The position numbers and the translations under genes are program-made. This document shows, piece after piece, positions 9,821 to 19,331 of a DNA stretch of 64,000 bases. This stretch comes from an uncultured Spirochaetota bacterium. Lineage in GTDB: Bacteria > Spirochaetota > Brevinematia > Brevinematales > JAOACQ01. The number at the start of each line of letters is the position of its first letter. Position 1 is the stretch's first letter. The stretch is taken from positions 1,120,001 through 1,184,000 of the forward strand of contig CAVYGN010000002.1 in NCBI GenBank assembly GCA_963768055.1, in the 5' to 3' direction. Below the pieces are notes generated by a model that was not told the origin of the DNA, ran no database searches, and saw nothing but the letters and a program-made list of their open reading frames with translations.

Positions 9821-11308
9821 ATGGCTTTATCTCCAGAAGAAAAAATTAAACTCCTGAAAATTATTCTTTCGGAATATGACTCAATTTCCTATGAAATTCA
9901 AGGTTTATATGATGACCCGATAACTTTTGCTGACAATAAAAACCTTATACTAAGAAGTATTGCTGACCCAGAATCAAAAAACCAGCGGAAATTATTTAAG
10001 TTTTTAGATGATTATTCTGAATTGAACAAACCCTTTATCGATGAATCAATAAGTAAAGAACAGCTTCAATCAGTTTTAAAAAACAAAGTCGGCAAGTTTT
10101 TTATGCAATTGCACGACAATGAATCGAAAAATATTTCCAATATAGTAAAAAAATCTAACGGTGTTTATTATTATAAACGGATGATAGACGGTAATAATAT
10201 TGAATTTTCATTACACACAAAGAACTATATCGAAGCTAATCAAAAGGCTATTGATTATAATAAAAAGCTTGAAGCTAAAATGTTTGATGAGAAATTCCTG
10301 GGCATAAACAATGATAAGAAAGAGCTCTCTCGAGTGCCTAAAAATACCGGTGCTATATCAATCCCAACAAAAAGAGAAGAAACAGATCCAAAAAGAACTT
10401 CTATGCCACATTTATTTGATATGTGGTTAGAAAAAGAAAAAGCATTAGGCAAGGCAAAAACATCTCTCGGGATAAAAAGAAATGTTTGCAATCACGTGAT
10501 TGATAAAATGAAAATATTTTCAATCAACAATATTGACCAGACTTTTATTAACAATTACATTAAATTCCTTTCAAAGTATGAAGTTAATTCCCGGAATAAA
10601 TTTCTTACTCAATTAAAAGCATTTCTCAACTTTCTGATTAAGAACGGCTTGTTTGATAGAAATAAATTGGATGTTTTAGATATTCCAGTTCCCAAGAATA
10701 CTGTGAAAGATACTTACATAGCAGAAGAAGATTTTGAAACAATAAAAAATTATATTAGAGAAAAAGACCCTGATTTTTATCTTTATATTATGACTCTATT
10801 TTATACTCTTTCAAGACCTTCCGAGGCTTTATACCTTAGAAAGCAAGACATAATTTATTCTGAGTCTATAATCAATATTACCATTTCTAAAACTGCCAGG
10901 TCAGGGAAGGACCACAAAACCATACCGATTTTAAATGAATATAAACCTTTGTTATTGGGTTATATTGAGAGTAATCATATTGAAGGATATATATTTAAGG
11001 GAGCTATGAAAGATGGTTTACCAGTTGATATTTCAAGACAAGACTTGATTAAATATATGCAAAATAATTCTTGTGAATATTATTCAAAGAAATTCAGGGA
11101 TGTCAGGGAAAAATTGAAATTGAATCCAGAATATAATTTGAGGGAATTTAGGAAAACATCTGAAATGCTGTTATCAAGAAGCGGAATACCTATTGAATTA
11201 TATACATTATTAGCTGGTAATAGTCCTAAAGTGGCATTAGAAAATTATACTCAATACAGAAAACAACATGATCTCCAAAAATTAAAAACAGTTGAAATAA
11301 AGTATTGA
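9821..11308 (+). CDS. Tyrosine recombinase/integrase
   Basis: TLSRPSEAL (catalytic R), ISKT (K), NLREFRKT, LLAGNS, LENY (Y); next to the tRNA; GAGGTG RBS. Confidence 0.85.
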   Translation: MALSPEEKIKLLKIILSEYDSISYEIQGLYDDPITFADNKNLILRSIADPESKNQRKLFKFLDDYSELNKPFIDESISKEQLQSVLKNKVGKFFMQLHDNESKNISNIVKKSNGVYYYKRMIDGNNIEFSLHTKNYIEANQKAIDYNKKLEAKMFDEKFLGINNDKKELSRVPKNTGAISIPTKREETDPKRTSMPHLFDMWLEKEKALGKAKTSLGIKRNVCNHVIDKMKIFSINNIDQTFINNYIKFLSKYEVNSRNKFLTQLKAFLNFLIKNGLFDRNKLDVLDIPVPKNTVKDTYIAEEDFETIKNYIREKDPDFYLYIMTLFYTLSRPSEALYLRKQDIIYSESIINITISKTARSGKDHKTIPILNEYKPLLLGYIESNHIEGYIFKGAMKDGLPVDISRQDLIKYMQNNSCEYYSKKFRDVREKLKLNPEYNLREFRKTSEMLLSRSGIPIELYTLLAGNSPKVALENYTQYRKQHDLQKLKTVEIKY

Positions 11309-11621
11309 TTTTGAGTCTAAATAAATCCCTTCCCTAAAATATTGAGTTTTACCACAGGTTGGCAATCTGACGCTCAACTGGAATGTAAAAAATTTAGGTA
11401 ATACAGGTAAAATTTTCCCTTAACTGAATATTTTGTTTTTAAATTAAATTTCAATAATTTTATATTTATTGGGGTACTTATCCCCTGTAAGCTACATTTT
11501 TACATTAGTTTTGTATCGCCCTGTATTTACAAGGGATTAAGAGTATATTTTGTACCATTATTTTTACATTATAGGAATAATTGTTGATAAGGCTTGCTTT
11601 GATAGTTGTTTTATAAAACAT

Positions 11622-11645
11622 AAAAAAAGGGGGGCTTTCCCCCCT
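11622..11645 (-). terminator. Intrinsic terminator of the leftward operon
   Basis: Minus strand: G-rich/C-rich stem around GAAAG followed by a T-run. Confidence 0.75.
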
Positions 11646-11658
11646 ACATTGAGAATGG

Positions 11659-11841
11659 TCAGTCCATCGGCTCTTGGGTGTTCTTTCCAGATAAACCAGC
11701 GATTATAATTCCTGCCAATATGCCTATTGCTCCACTTATATAGGGAATCGGCGTCTTTAGATTCGAAATTACCATATCACTCGCCTGTTGAAGCCCTTCA
11801 AGGACTGTCTGCCCGATATCGGTGATTACATCAAAGCTCAT
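11659..11841 (-). CDS. Small single-TM protein
   Basis: ATGA overlap with upstream ORF; C-terminal TM (YISGAIGILAGIIIAGL). Confidence 0.65.
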   Translation of the reverse strand: MSFDVITDIGQTVLEGLQQASDMVISNLKTPIPYISGAIGILAGIIIAGLSGKNTQEPMD

Positions 11842-11972
11842 GATACCCTCCAAGATCTCTTCAGCAAGACTGATATGACGGCGACAACCGCACTGATACC
11901 GATACTTTTAAGGACTTCCACTAAAAGGTTTTCAGTATTCCTGGGTTCTTCGACAATCTTTTCTTTTGCCAT
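11838..11972 (-). CDS. 44-aa single-TM protein (MAKEKIVEEP...LLKRSWRVS), missing from the ORF track
   Basis: AGGAGG RBS; ATGA coupling to the next gene. Confidence 0.7.
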   Translation of the reverse strand: MAKEKIVEEPRNTENLLVEVLKSIGISAVVAVISVLLKRSWRVS

Positions 11973-11988
11973 ATTTCAATACCTCCTT

Positions 11989-12483
11989 TTACCGTATTTG
12001 AATGAAATTGCTCTTGCGAAGTTGTGCCCCAGGGATTTTGTTTCCCTTTTTCATATCATCCTTAATGTTTGACTTGCTCACTTTGATCTCGACCGTCTTA
12101 TACTTTGACGGTACAAGCTGTTCATTGGTGATTTCAACTGATTCGCTGTTGCGGAGTGAAACCTTGTATGTCCCGGCAGCCAGTTTATCCAGTTTCTTGA
12201 GAATCATGTAATCCTTGAGCCCGTTTTTGATTCTGGAAATGAGATTTTCTGCAGACGATTTCCTTTGTTCAATTCGGGCAATTTCCTTCTTGCAAGTTTC
12301 GGCGAAGCCTTCGGTATGGGTGATAAACTTGAGCATGTTGTTCACCTTATCGATAGAGGCTGTCTGACGAACAATCAGTTCCTTAACTAAATTGTTCCTG
12401 TCCTCATCTGTCAGATCCTCTTTGTCCCAGTTCCTGGTCAGCCAGTTGTCCAGCTCAATTTCGTTATAAAGTGTTAAGTTCAT
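11989..12483 (-). CDS. Siphovirus Gp157-family protein
   Basis: Coiled coil plus SESVEITNEQLVPSKY..KSNIKDDMKKGNKIPGAQL. Confidence 0.85.
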   Translation of the reverse strand: MNLTLYNEIELDNWLTRNWDKEDLTDEDRNNLVKELIVRQTASIDKVNNMLKFITHTEGFAETCKKEIARIEQRKSSAENLISRIKNGLKDYMILKKLDKLAAGTYKVSLRNSESVEITNEQLVPSKYKTVEIKVSKSNIKDDMKKGNKIPGAQLRKSNFIQIR

Positions 12484-13256
12484 GCGTGTACCTCCTCTTT
12501 TTTCTGTTCCCTCAAATAATTCAGGATTTTGAAAGCCTGGGGAAGAGTGAGTTGCATGAAGTTTCCTAAACCTTCCTGCATCACAAGGTCGTTGACATAT
12601 CCTTTATTGTTTCCGCAGAGTTCAAGCACCTGGTCGTAAAGGTGTTTGAGGTTCTTGGCTTCAGTTTCATGATTAATTTCCTCTTTAGTTTTAGCGGTTC
12701 GTTTACCAGGTGTCTTTTCTTCAACTTTAGGCGGATTTAATTTCACTGCACCTGTTCCCGTACCTTCATTTTCCACCAGTTCTTCAGCAAGAAATGGAAG
12801 GCTGGAAATTTCATTGGGGAAGGCAAGTCGAAAGCCTTGAGCTATGCAGACCTTGCGAAGCATAAAATCCTGCATCGATTTCCAGTTCCCTGTGCCCTTG
12901 TCGAAATCTGCCCTTTTGATTGACCATTCGATGGGGTGCTGAAAGTCTTTCCTGTAAATAGTGATTGTCGCGGTTTCACCGTCCGATTCAACTTTCCAGC
13001 CATCGAGCTTCCCAGATGCTTCAGCTCGCTTGATGTAAACGGTATACCCAGTAACCAATTTAAAAGAATTGCCATAGGTTATCGGGTAAATTTCACGGAA
13101 AAAAGGGTTCAAACTGTTCAACACTGCAACTTGAATGAACATTTTCTTCTGCTGGTCTGTGAGATAAAGGTTGGATGCTTTAAGATAATCCAGAATAACC
13201 TTTTCTGTGACTGCCACTTGAGCGCCTTTCAAAATACTCTTTGTTTGTTCGTCCAT
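12480..13256 (-). CDS. bet: RecT/Bet single-strand annealing protein
   Basis: LNPFFREIY, TGYTVYIKRAE, W..MQDFMLRKVCIAQGFRLAFP. Confidence 0.85.
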   Translation of the reverse strand: MDEQTKSILKGAQVAVTEKVILDYLKASNLYLTDQQKKMFIQVAVLNSLNPFFREIYPITYGNSFKLVTGYTVYIKRAEASGKLDGWKVESDGETATITIYRKDFQHPIEWSIKRADFDKGTGNWKSMQDFMLRKVCIAQGFRLAFPNEISSLPFLAEELVENEGTGTGAVKLNPPKVEEKTPGKRTAKTKEEINHETEAKNLKHLYDQVLELCGNNKGYVNDLVMQEGLGNFMQLTLPQAFKILNYLREQKKEEVHA

Positions 13257-13304
13257 AAATATTACCTCCTTTTATGGAATGTGTCTTGATATTTTTCTTT
13301 TGAA

Positions 13305-14339
13305 TTATCTTTGAATAAGATCCATGGCAAGACTTTCAAGACCAATGGCTTTGTCCTGATTCTTTTCAGATTTTGAAAGAAGGCTGATTACATTTGCCAT
13401 TCTCCAGATTGATTTTCCCGATGGAAGAAGCTTGATGTCATTGTCTGAATCAAAGAGCACCTGAGCCTTTATCTTTTCATCCTTGCTCAGTTCTTTTATC
13501 GATTCAAGAAAGGCTTTTGTGTCCCTTATTTCCCTGTTCTGTGAATCTTTGATTTTGTCAGTTATAAGCTTGACTGTATTATCATTTCTGATAATATCTT
13601 TGATTTTGGATTGGAAGGACTTGTTTTCAAGCAGTAGTGTTTTATCGCTATAAATTGAATAATCTTCATCATCAAGCTCTGTTCTTCGCCCTATGTGTTT
13701 TCTCCTCATTACGTCCATCCCGATAAGCCCGTTCTGGCAGATTAAACGGATAACAAAAACTTCTATAGCAAAACTTCTTGCCCCATAATCTGAGGTTGAA
13801 ATCGAGAAACCTATAAGGATTTCATCACTGCCGATAGTAAGGATGTCAGGGCTTAAAAACCTGACCTGATATTGGCTGTCGGTGTTGAATGCTTTGTAGG
13901 GGAAATAACCGTTTTTCAGCATAGCCTCAATGAATGTTTCAAACATGGGCGAAGCATCCATCCTTTTGTATTGGGCGCTCAGAATCCCTTTAGCTGTGTC
14001 TCCCACTTCCCTTATGAGAATTGAATCCTGCAGGGTGTGTATCATCACCCTTAGGTTGGTTAAAGCAAGCTGATTCTGATTTGCTTTAAGCATTGAAGCA
14101 TAATAATTAGCCGGTAAACTTGCCTTATTGAGCATCTGCCCGAGACTCCAATCTGTGAGGGAAAGTTTTCTGCCGGCGACATAAAGCTTCAGCTTGTTTT
14201 CATCTTCAAATGAGAAGGCAATCTTGTCTGACTTGGCTAAAATGTCCTGCCTCAGTTTAAACTCTGCCATAATGTCAACCATTGTCTTGTTGACTTGTGC
14301 CTGACCATTGTTGATAATGGTTTGTAATGCTTTATTCAT
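13305..14339 (-). CDS. DUF932-family protein
   Basis: GILSAQYKRMD, STSDYG, RLICQNGLI, RRKHIG, SIWRMANVIS. Confidence 0.8.
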   Translation of the reverse strand: MNKALQTIINNGQAQVNKTMVDIMAEFKLRQDILAKSDKIAFSFEDENKLKLYVAGRKLSLTDWSLGQMLNKASLPANYYASMLKANQNQLALTNLRVMIHTLQDSILIREVGDTAKGILSAQYKRMDASPMFETFIEAMLKNGYFPYKAFNTDSQYQVRFLSPDILTIGSDEILIGFSISTSDYGARSFAIEVFVIRLICQNGLIGMDVMRRKHIGRRTELDDEDYSIYSDKTLLLENKSFQSKIKDIIRNDNTVKLITDKIKDSQNREIRDTKAFLESIKELSKDEKIKAQVLFDSDNDIKLLPSGKSIWRMANVISLLSKSEKNQDKAIGLESLAMDLIQR

Positions 14340-14743
14340 ATCGAACCTCCTTCTTCTTTAAAATATCCTTCTGATTCAAGTTCTTTCAGCCACAATGCCA
14401 TAAAGTCATTAAGCTGGCAATGGATCTGAAAATGAGAAAAGTTTGTAGGTGCATCACGGTTTATTTTTTCCATAAAGCTCAATACTTCCACCATATGCAC
14501 CCCTGGATAGAGTTTTACAGTCATTTCCAGAATTTTACCGTTTCCTCCTTGTAAAAGTGAAAGCTCAGTATTGCTGATTTTTTTAATGGTAAGCTTTGCA
14601 TCCGTGCCATTGTCAAAGCCGATAATCCGCTTTTCACTTGCCATAAAACTTTCAATGCCTCCTTCATTTTTCAGCAGTAGATCCAGTGCCTCATAAATTA
14701 TCTGGATAGTCATTTTACTCATTGGCTTAATCCTCCTTTTCAT
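14336..14743 (-). CDS. DUF1249/DUF6908-like protein
   Basis: EMTVKL..VEVLSF..QLNDFMALWLKELESEGY resembles the family's LN.FL..WL..L..QGY tail. Confidence 0.55.
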   Translation of the reverse strand: MKRRIKPMSKMTIQIIYEALDLLLKNEGGIESFMASEKRIIGFDNGTDAKLTIKKISNTELSLLQGGNGKILEMTVKLYPGVHMVEVLSFMEKINRDAPTNFSHFQIHCQLNDFMALWLKELESEGYFKEEGGSI

Positions 14744-15911
14744 TTTTCTTAACCTCCTTTATCCAGTTTTCAATGATATTGCCCTTGGGGATTTTCATTT
14801 CTTTGAATTCATTCAGCAATTCCCAATATTCCTCAGAAAAGCCACAATACTGGAAGTATTCAGCTTTTGTTGGCTCATTGGTGCGATATTCATTGACAGC
14901 GAATGCTTTTGCATTGAGATAGTTTTGAACGATACTTTTTGCGACTTTTAGAAAGATCTTTAGATATTTTGGATGAGAAGCTATTTTTGTTGAAGGTAAT
15001 ATTATTTCAAAGCCATAACCCGTATCATCATATAATGTTTCCCTATCTCCCTTGATAACATCTTTACTGATGAAATAATCCAGAATATTAAGCAGTTCAT
15101 CATCAGGCTCATATTGAAAGCCCAGGAAAAACTGAATATGAATAGAATATGCTTCATTTATAGCCAGTCCACAATGAAGGGTATTATGACAGAACTGGAA
15201 TAAACATCTTAATCTCTCAATCAAAGTTTCCACATCTTCTGATGGTTCCGGTCTAAATACCAGGTGTTCAAAGTTATTATTAAGTCCGATTTCAAGATAA
15301 TTTGCAGTATAGGGGTAATCTTTGAACATTGCCTCCAGATATTCATCATAATCATCTTTTCCATGGACAGGGATTTCCTTCAGATGCTCTTGAAGCAAAG
15401 AATAAGGATTAATGATTTTTCCTGCAGAATTCATACAATCGAATTCAATGTTTGCCCCTATCTGGACACTGATTTCCTCTAGCTTTCTGTCTGGAATATG
15501 CTCAATGATCCTTTTGAGTAATTCTTGCCCCTCATTACTTTCAATAAGATTGGCTGTGTAAAGGGTGCTGGAATTGGGGAAATAAATTGCCACGGTCCCA
15601 TATCTGCATTTGTTATAGGCAAGATAAGCAAAGTAAGGTTTTTCCGTATGATGAATTAATCTGGGCTTCCATTTCTTAATAGTGGAATATAGTCCCCTTG
15701 AAATGTTCTTTGGTAGGGCAATGTTATTGAGAATCTTGCCCTCAATCTCTTCTATTGTATCAATGATGATGGAATTATCGAGGTTTTCAGCAACATCAAT
15801 TGCCAGAACTTTCACTATCCCCTTCTGCCTCAATAGAACGAAATTTTCACTGCAGAACTGGTCAAGGAGCCTCTTGTTATTGTTAGGTATGCTGTTAATT
15901 TGATAGAGCAT
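14727..15911 (-). CDS. Divergent phiEco32-like COOH-NH2 ligase (amidoligase type 2)-like protein
   Basis: IGANIEF, LVFRPEPS, IHIQF, GFEIILPS map onto GADPEF, ELRPxP, GHIHF, GFEYRxLPS. Confidence 0.5.
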   Translation of the reverse strand: MLYQINSIPNNNKRLLDQFCSENFVLLRQKGIVKVLAIDVAENLDNSIIIDTIEEIEGKILNNIALPKNISRGLYSTIKKWKPRLIHHTEKPYFAYLAYNKCRYGTVAIYFPNSSTLYTANLIESNEGQELLKRIIEHIPDRKLEEISVQIGANIEFDCMNSAGKIINPYSLLQEHLKEIPVHGKDDYDEYLEAMFKDYPYTANYLEIGLNNNFEHLVFRPEPSEDVETLIERLRCLFQFCHNTLHCGLAINEAYSIHIQFFLGFQYEPDDELLNILDYFISKDVIKGDRETLYDDTGYGFEIILPSTKIASHPKYLKIFLKVAKSIVQNYLNAKAFAVNEYRTNEPTKAEYFQYCGFSEEYWELLNEFKEMKIPKGNIIENWIKEVKKNEKED

Positions 15912-16014
15912 ATAGATATCCTCCGTTTTTTTGTTTGGAGGATGATACTGGATTGGGGGGAGGGATACGAAAAAGAGATGGACAAAGGAAGAGAGGAGTG
16001 ATATAATTAAATGT

Positions 16015-16686
16015 GTGATTAATCTAAGTAGATATAATAATATGATTACAAAAGAATTAGATTATAATTGGTTATTTTCAACCATTTCCCAATCATTTGC
16101 GGCAATAGTTGGATTAATTGGTGCTTTTATAATTTCAAAAATAATAACAAATCAAACTGAATATAAAAATAAAATATCAAAGTTAGAAAATAATTTAATT
16201 AAGTCAAGTGCATTATTAGAAATCTTAGTTCATTATCCAAATAAAAATTCAGAATTAGAAGCAAAATCTATTGTGGCTTCCAATTGCTCATTGTTCTATT
16301 GTATAAAAAATGAAACGGAATATTCTAAATTTTTAAAATTTTCAATTATCATTGTCATCATTATTTTTATATTAGGGGTTTTTGTTCCTTTATTATATAT
16401 TCCGACAAATGAGTCATTAATTATTAAAATAAATCCAGCCAAATTAATAATCCTTTTAGTATCAATAGCTACAATAGTGTTTTTTTCCAATTTTATTATT
16501 GAAACAAACAAATTAAAATATAACACAAAAATGAATAAACCAATAATTACAATGTTATCAAAGTTATTAAAAAATGAAATATTTTTACTTAGAAATGATG
16601 AAGGTATTTCTAACGGAAATAATGATATTAAAAGAACTGCGTTAATTAAAGAAATCAATACTACTTTAGAAAATTGGAAAAAGTGA
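16015..16686 (+). CDS. Hypothetical three-TM membrane protein
   Basis: FSTISQSFAAIVGLIGAFII plus two further TMs; very AT-rich. Confidence 0.7.
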   Translation: MINLSRYNNMITKELDYNWLFSTISQSFAAIVGLIGAFIISKIITNQTEYKNKISKLENNLIKSSALLEILVHYPNKNSELEAKSIVASNCSLFYCIKNETEYSKFLKFSIIIVIIIFILGVFVPLLYIPTNESLIIKINPAKLIILLVSIATIVFFSNFIIETNKLKYNTKMNKPIITMLSKLLKNEIFLLRNDEGISNGNNDIKRTALIKEINTTLENWKK

Positions 16687-16927
16687 AGATATTTTATTTT
16701 TTATAAATTGAAGGACTTTGTAAAATAAATATAAGTAAAAATTTTTTTTGTAATTTGATAATCTCAAATCCCTGGAAGGTAAAAACTGGGGAATGTGATG
16801 GACCTAATATACTGGGGAACGGCTCTGAACTATTTTGCCCCGCATTTTGGGGATTAGGTAATGTTTGATTAAAACCAATTTACACAGAATTTCTGACACA
16901 CCCCCGACAATAAATTTGTTAATTCGA

Positions 16928-19252
16928 TTAATTCGATTTAGTAAACAAATTATCAATTGCATTTTCTTCATTGATAAAATCCATTGCTTCATCATAGTAA
17001 TAATCATGATCTTGTCTCATAGCCTCTTGTATCTTATCCTCGTTTATTTCTTCTTGAATCAAATTATCTTTAATTTTTTCCTCCCAATAAAATTGGTCCA
17101 TAGAAATTCCGAAATTATAATCAAATGAACTATTTGGGAATAGCTTATTCTTCAATTCACTTTCTAATTCTTCTAAATCTTCATAAAGTTTAATAACCTC
17201 ATCTATATTAGTTATCTTACTATTTTCATCTTTCAAATTTATCTCATTTCCTTTGAGGACTTCTTCAATAACCTCAATAAGTTTATTACATCCATGTGTT
17301 GATACAGTATACTCATCATAATCATACCCAAATTTCTCAAATAGAATTGGTATGTTTTTTGCATCGTCTTCCTCGAAAATAGAAATCATGATATTTTCAA
17401 TTATTATAATAAAGTTATTTTTTATATAGTCAAAAGTTTGCGGTGCATCACCTAAATTCAATAAAACATATTCAATTTTCTCAAATATATCTATCCAGCT
17501 TTTTGAATAGTCCAACTTTATAAAATGTTCTAAAAGCTTTGAATCAATATTTACTTGATTACAATAAATACATAATGTCTCTAATATTAAAGCATGATTT
17601 CTATTGTTATCATCATCAATTTTTGTTATAAAATTTGAAATCCTATCCCTTATTATTATTTGTAATTCTTTTTCTAAAGGGATTAAAGAATACTTAGGAT
17701 TAAATCTCTTCAATTGTTCTACAAATAACACACTTGAAACAATGCTTTTCCTCTCTGGATAGGAATCAGAAACATATCCAATTAAAAAATCATTCAAAGA
17801 AGGATTAATAAAATCGAACAATCTTTCAGGCGGAGAGACATCAAGAAGTAAAGAAGTAATAAAACCGTTTAATAGAATTTTAATTGATTCATTAAATTGA
17901 TTTGTGTTTATTATTTGGTTATGAACAATTTTTTCATAATTTAGTCTATTTTCGAATGCTAAAAATAATGAACTTTCATTTGGTCTATAAGGAAAAGTAA
18001 ATAATGTCAGAAGTAAACATCGATCTAAATAACTAATTTGGTTATTATAAGAATAATTCCATATTTCCTTTGGATTATTAAGATTATTTAAAATAAATTG
18101 ATGATAATCATCAGAATTAAACTTTTCAATCCTTGAATTATCAGTAATAAATTCAATTATCCGTGGAGTATAATTTTTATGCTCAATTATTGCTTTGTAA
18201 AACTTTTCATTAAGAATGCTATTAAATAATTCTGGTCCAATTCCTTTAAAGTATAAATGATTATATAAAATCAAAGCTTTTTCAAATTTACTATAATCAC
18301 TAAGTTTGATTTCAAATTGCCTCGAATCTAATTTAGATTGGTTGATTTTCTCATATTTTTCTACCGCATGGTTAAGGATGACAGTCCGTGTTGTTAAGAT
18401 TAAATATTTGTTTGGAGTATTCTTTATCCTTTCGAAAAATGAAGTTAGCTGTGTTTCTGTCTTTTGAGCATTAACTATTTCAAAATAATTTGCCCCTAAA
18501 AAATCATCAAAATAAAACAGTTGTTTTTCTTCAATATGAGGGGATATAACATCTTCTGCTTCTTTAATGTTTTCAACTTTGTAAATTTTATAACCATTTT
18601 TAGCTCTATCAAAAAGAATTATTTCTGCTAAAGTTGTTTTACCTATACCTGGTTGTCCAGTAATTAATAAAAGTTTTTCCTTTTGCAAAATTGTATTTGC
18701 ATCATCTAATTTTTTTGTAATAACATAAAATGGTATTTTCTCGTTAATTCTTTCTAATAAATATTTTGTTCTACCTTCTATCGCATTATGAATAATAGAA
18801 TTGAAAACATTTATACTTGAAAACCAAAGTTTAAAGTGCCTTTTTTCAATTTCGCAAAATTCTGATAAGAATCCATTTAAATCTTCTTGTCCAATTATAT
18901 CATTTGATGTTAGAACATATGGAGATAAAATATTCTTTAATTCATCTTTTTGAATTGCAGAAAGTGGAAGAGAAGTCACCACAATATATCGGTCAGGTTT
19001 TAATAATTTTATTTTATTTAATTCTTCATTTAAAAGCTTATTTTTGAGTTGGGGGAAACCTGAACGTATATAATGCTTTGCTTGAACTACTATGGAATTA
19101 TTATTTTCTTGGGTTGAATACCTTAAATCAATTCCTTCATCTTTCCCTGTTTTGAAATTTTGAAGATTAAGATTGAATTTCGCATTAAGTAAGTCTTTAG
19201 TTATCTCTTCAAAATCTTTGTCATTCAGTGTGGAAAAATTATAATTGTTTAT
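16928..19252 (-). CDS. Mrr-like restriction endonuclease fused to a STAND (nSTAND3-like) NTPase; ATA start
   Basis: Frame stays open 90 codons upstream of the track start: DFEEITKDLL..DEGIDL..VVQAKHY; Walker A GQPGIGKT; Walker B FYFDDFLG; ILTTR; NYTPRII. Confidence 0.8.
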   Translation of the reverse strand: MNNYNFSTLNDKDFEEITKDLLNAKFNLNLQNFKTGKDEGIDLRYSTQENNNSIVVQAKHYIRSGFPQLKNKLLNEELNKIKLLKPDRYIVVTSLPLSAIQKDELKNILSPYVLTSNDIIGQEDLNGFLSEFCEIEKRHFKLWFSSINVFNSIIHNAIEGRTKYLLERINEKIPFYVITKKLDDANTILQKEKLLLITGQPGIGKTTLAEIILFDRAKNGYKIYKVENIKEAEDVISPHIEEKQLFYFDDFLGANYFEIVNAQKTETQLTSFFERIKNTPNKYLILTTRTVILNHAVEKYEKINQSKLDSRQFEIKLSDYSKFEKALILYNHLYFKGIGPELFNSILNEKFYKAIIEHKNYTPRIIEFITDNSRIEKFNSDDYHQFILNNLNNPKEIWNYSYNNQISYLDRCLLLTLFTFPYRPNESSLFLAFENRLNYEKIVHNQIINTNQFNESIKILLNGFITSLLLDVSPPERLFDFINPSLNDFLIGYVSDSYPERKSIVSSVLFVEQLKRFNPKYSLIPLEKELQIIIRDRISNFITKIDDDNNRNHALILETLCIYCNQVNIDSKLLEHFIKLDYSKSWIDIFEKIEYVLLNLGDAPQTFDYIKNNFIIIIENIMISIFEEDDAKNIPILFEKFGYDYDEYTVSTHGCNKLIEVIEEVLKGNEINLKDENSKITNIDEVIKLYEDLEELESELKNKLFPNSSFDYNFGISMDQFYWEEKIKDNLIQEEINEDKIQEAMRQDHDYYYDEAMDFINEENAIDNLFTKSN

Positions 19253-19331
19253 TTTTTCCCTCCATAATCCGCTTCAACAACTCTTCTGCAGGATCATCAT
19301 TCGGGTCTTGTTCAATAAGTCTACTTAATCT
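19239..19331 (-). pseudogene. Remnant of a Type I HsdS C-terminal segment
   Basis: Translates to RLSRLIEQDPNDDPAEELLKRIMEGK, matching the QDPNDEPAxxLLxRI motif. Confidence 0.65.

Noticed and set aside
9821..15911. Intact prophage or ICE
   Set aside because: No terminase, capsid, tail, lysis, relaxase or T4SS genes visible
16786..16820. ACTGGGGAA twice, like IS21 end repeats
   Set aside because: Only 9 bp and no terminal TG/CA structure
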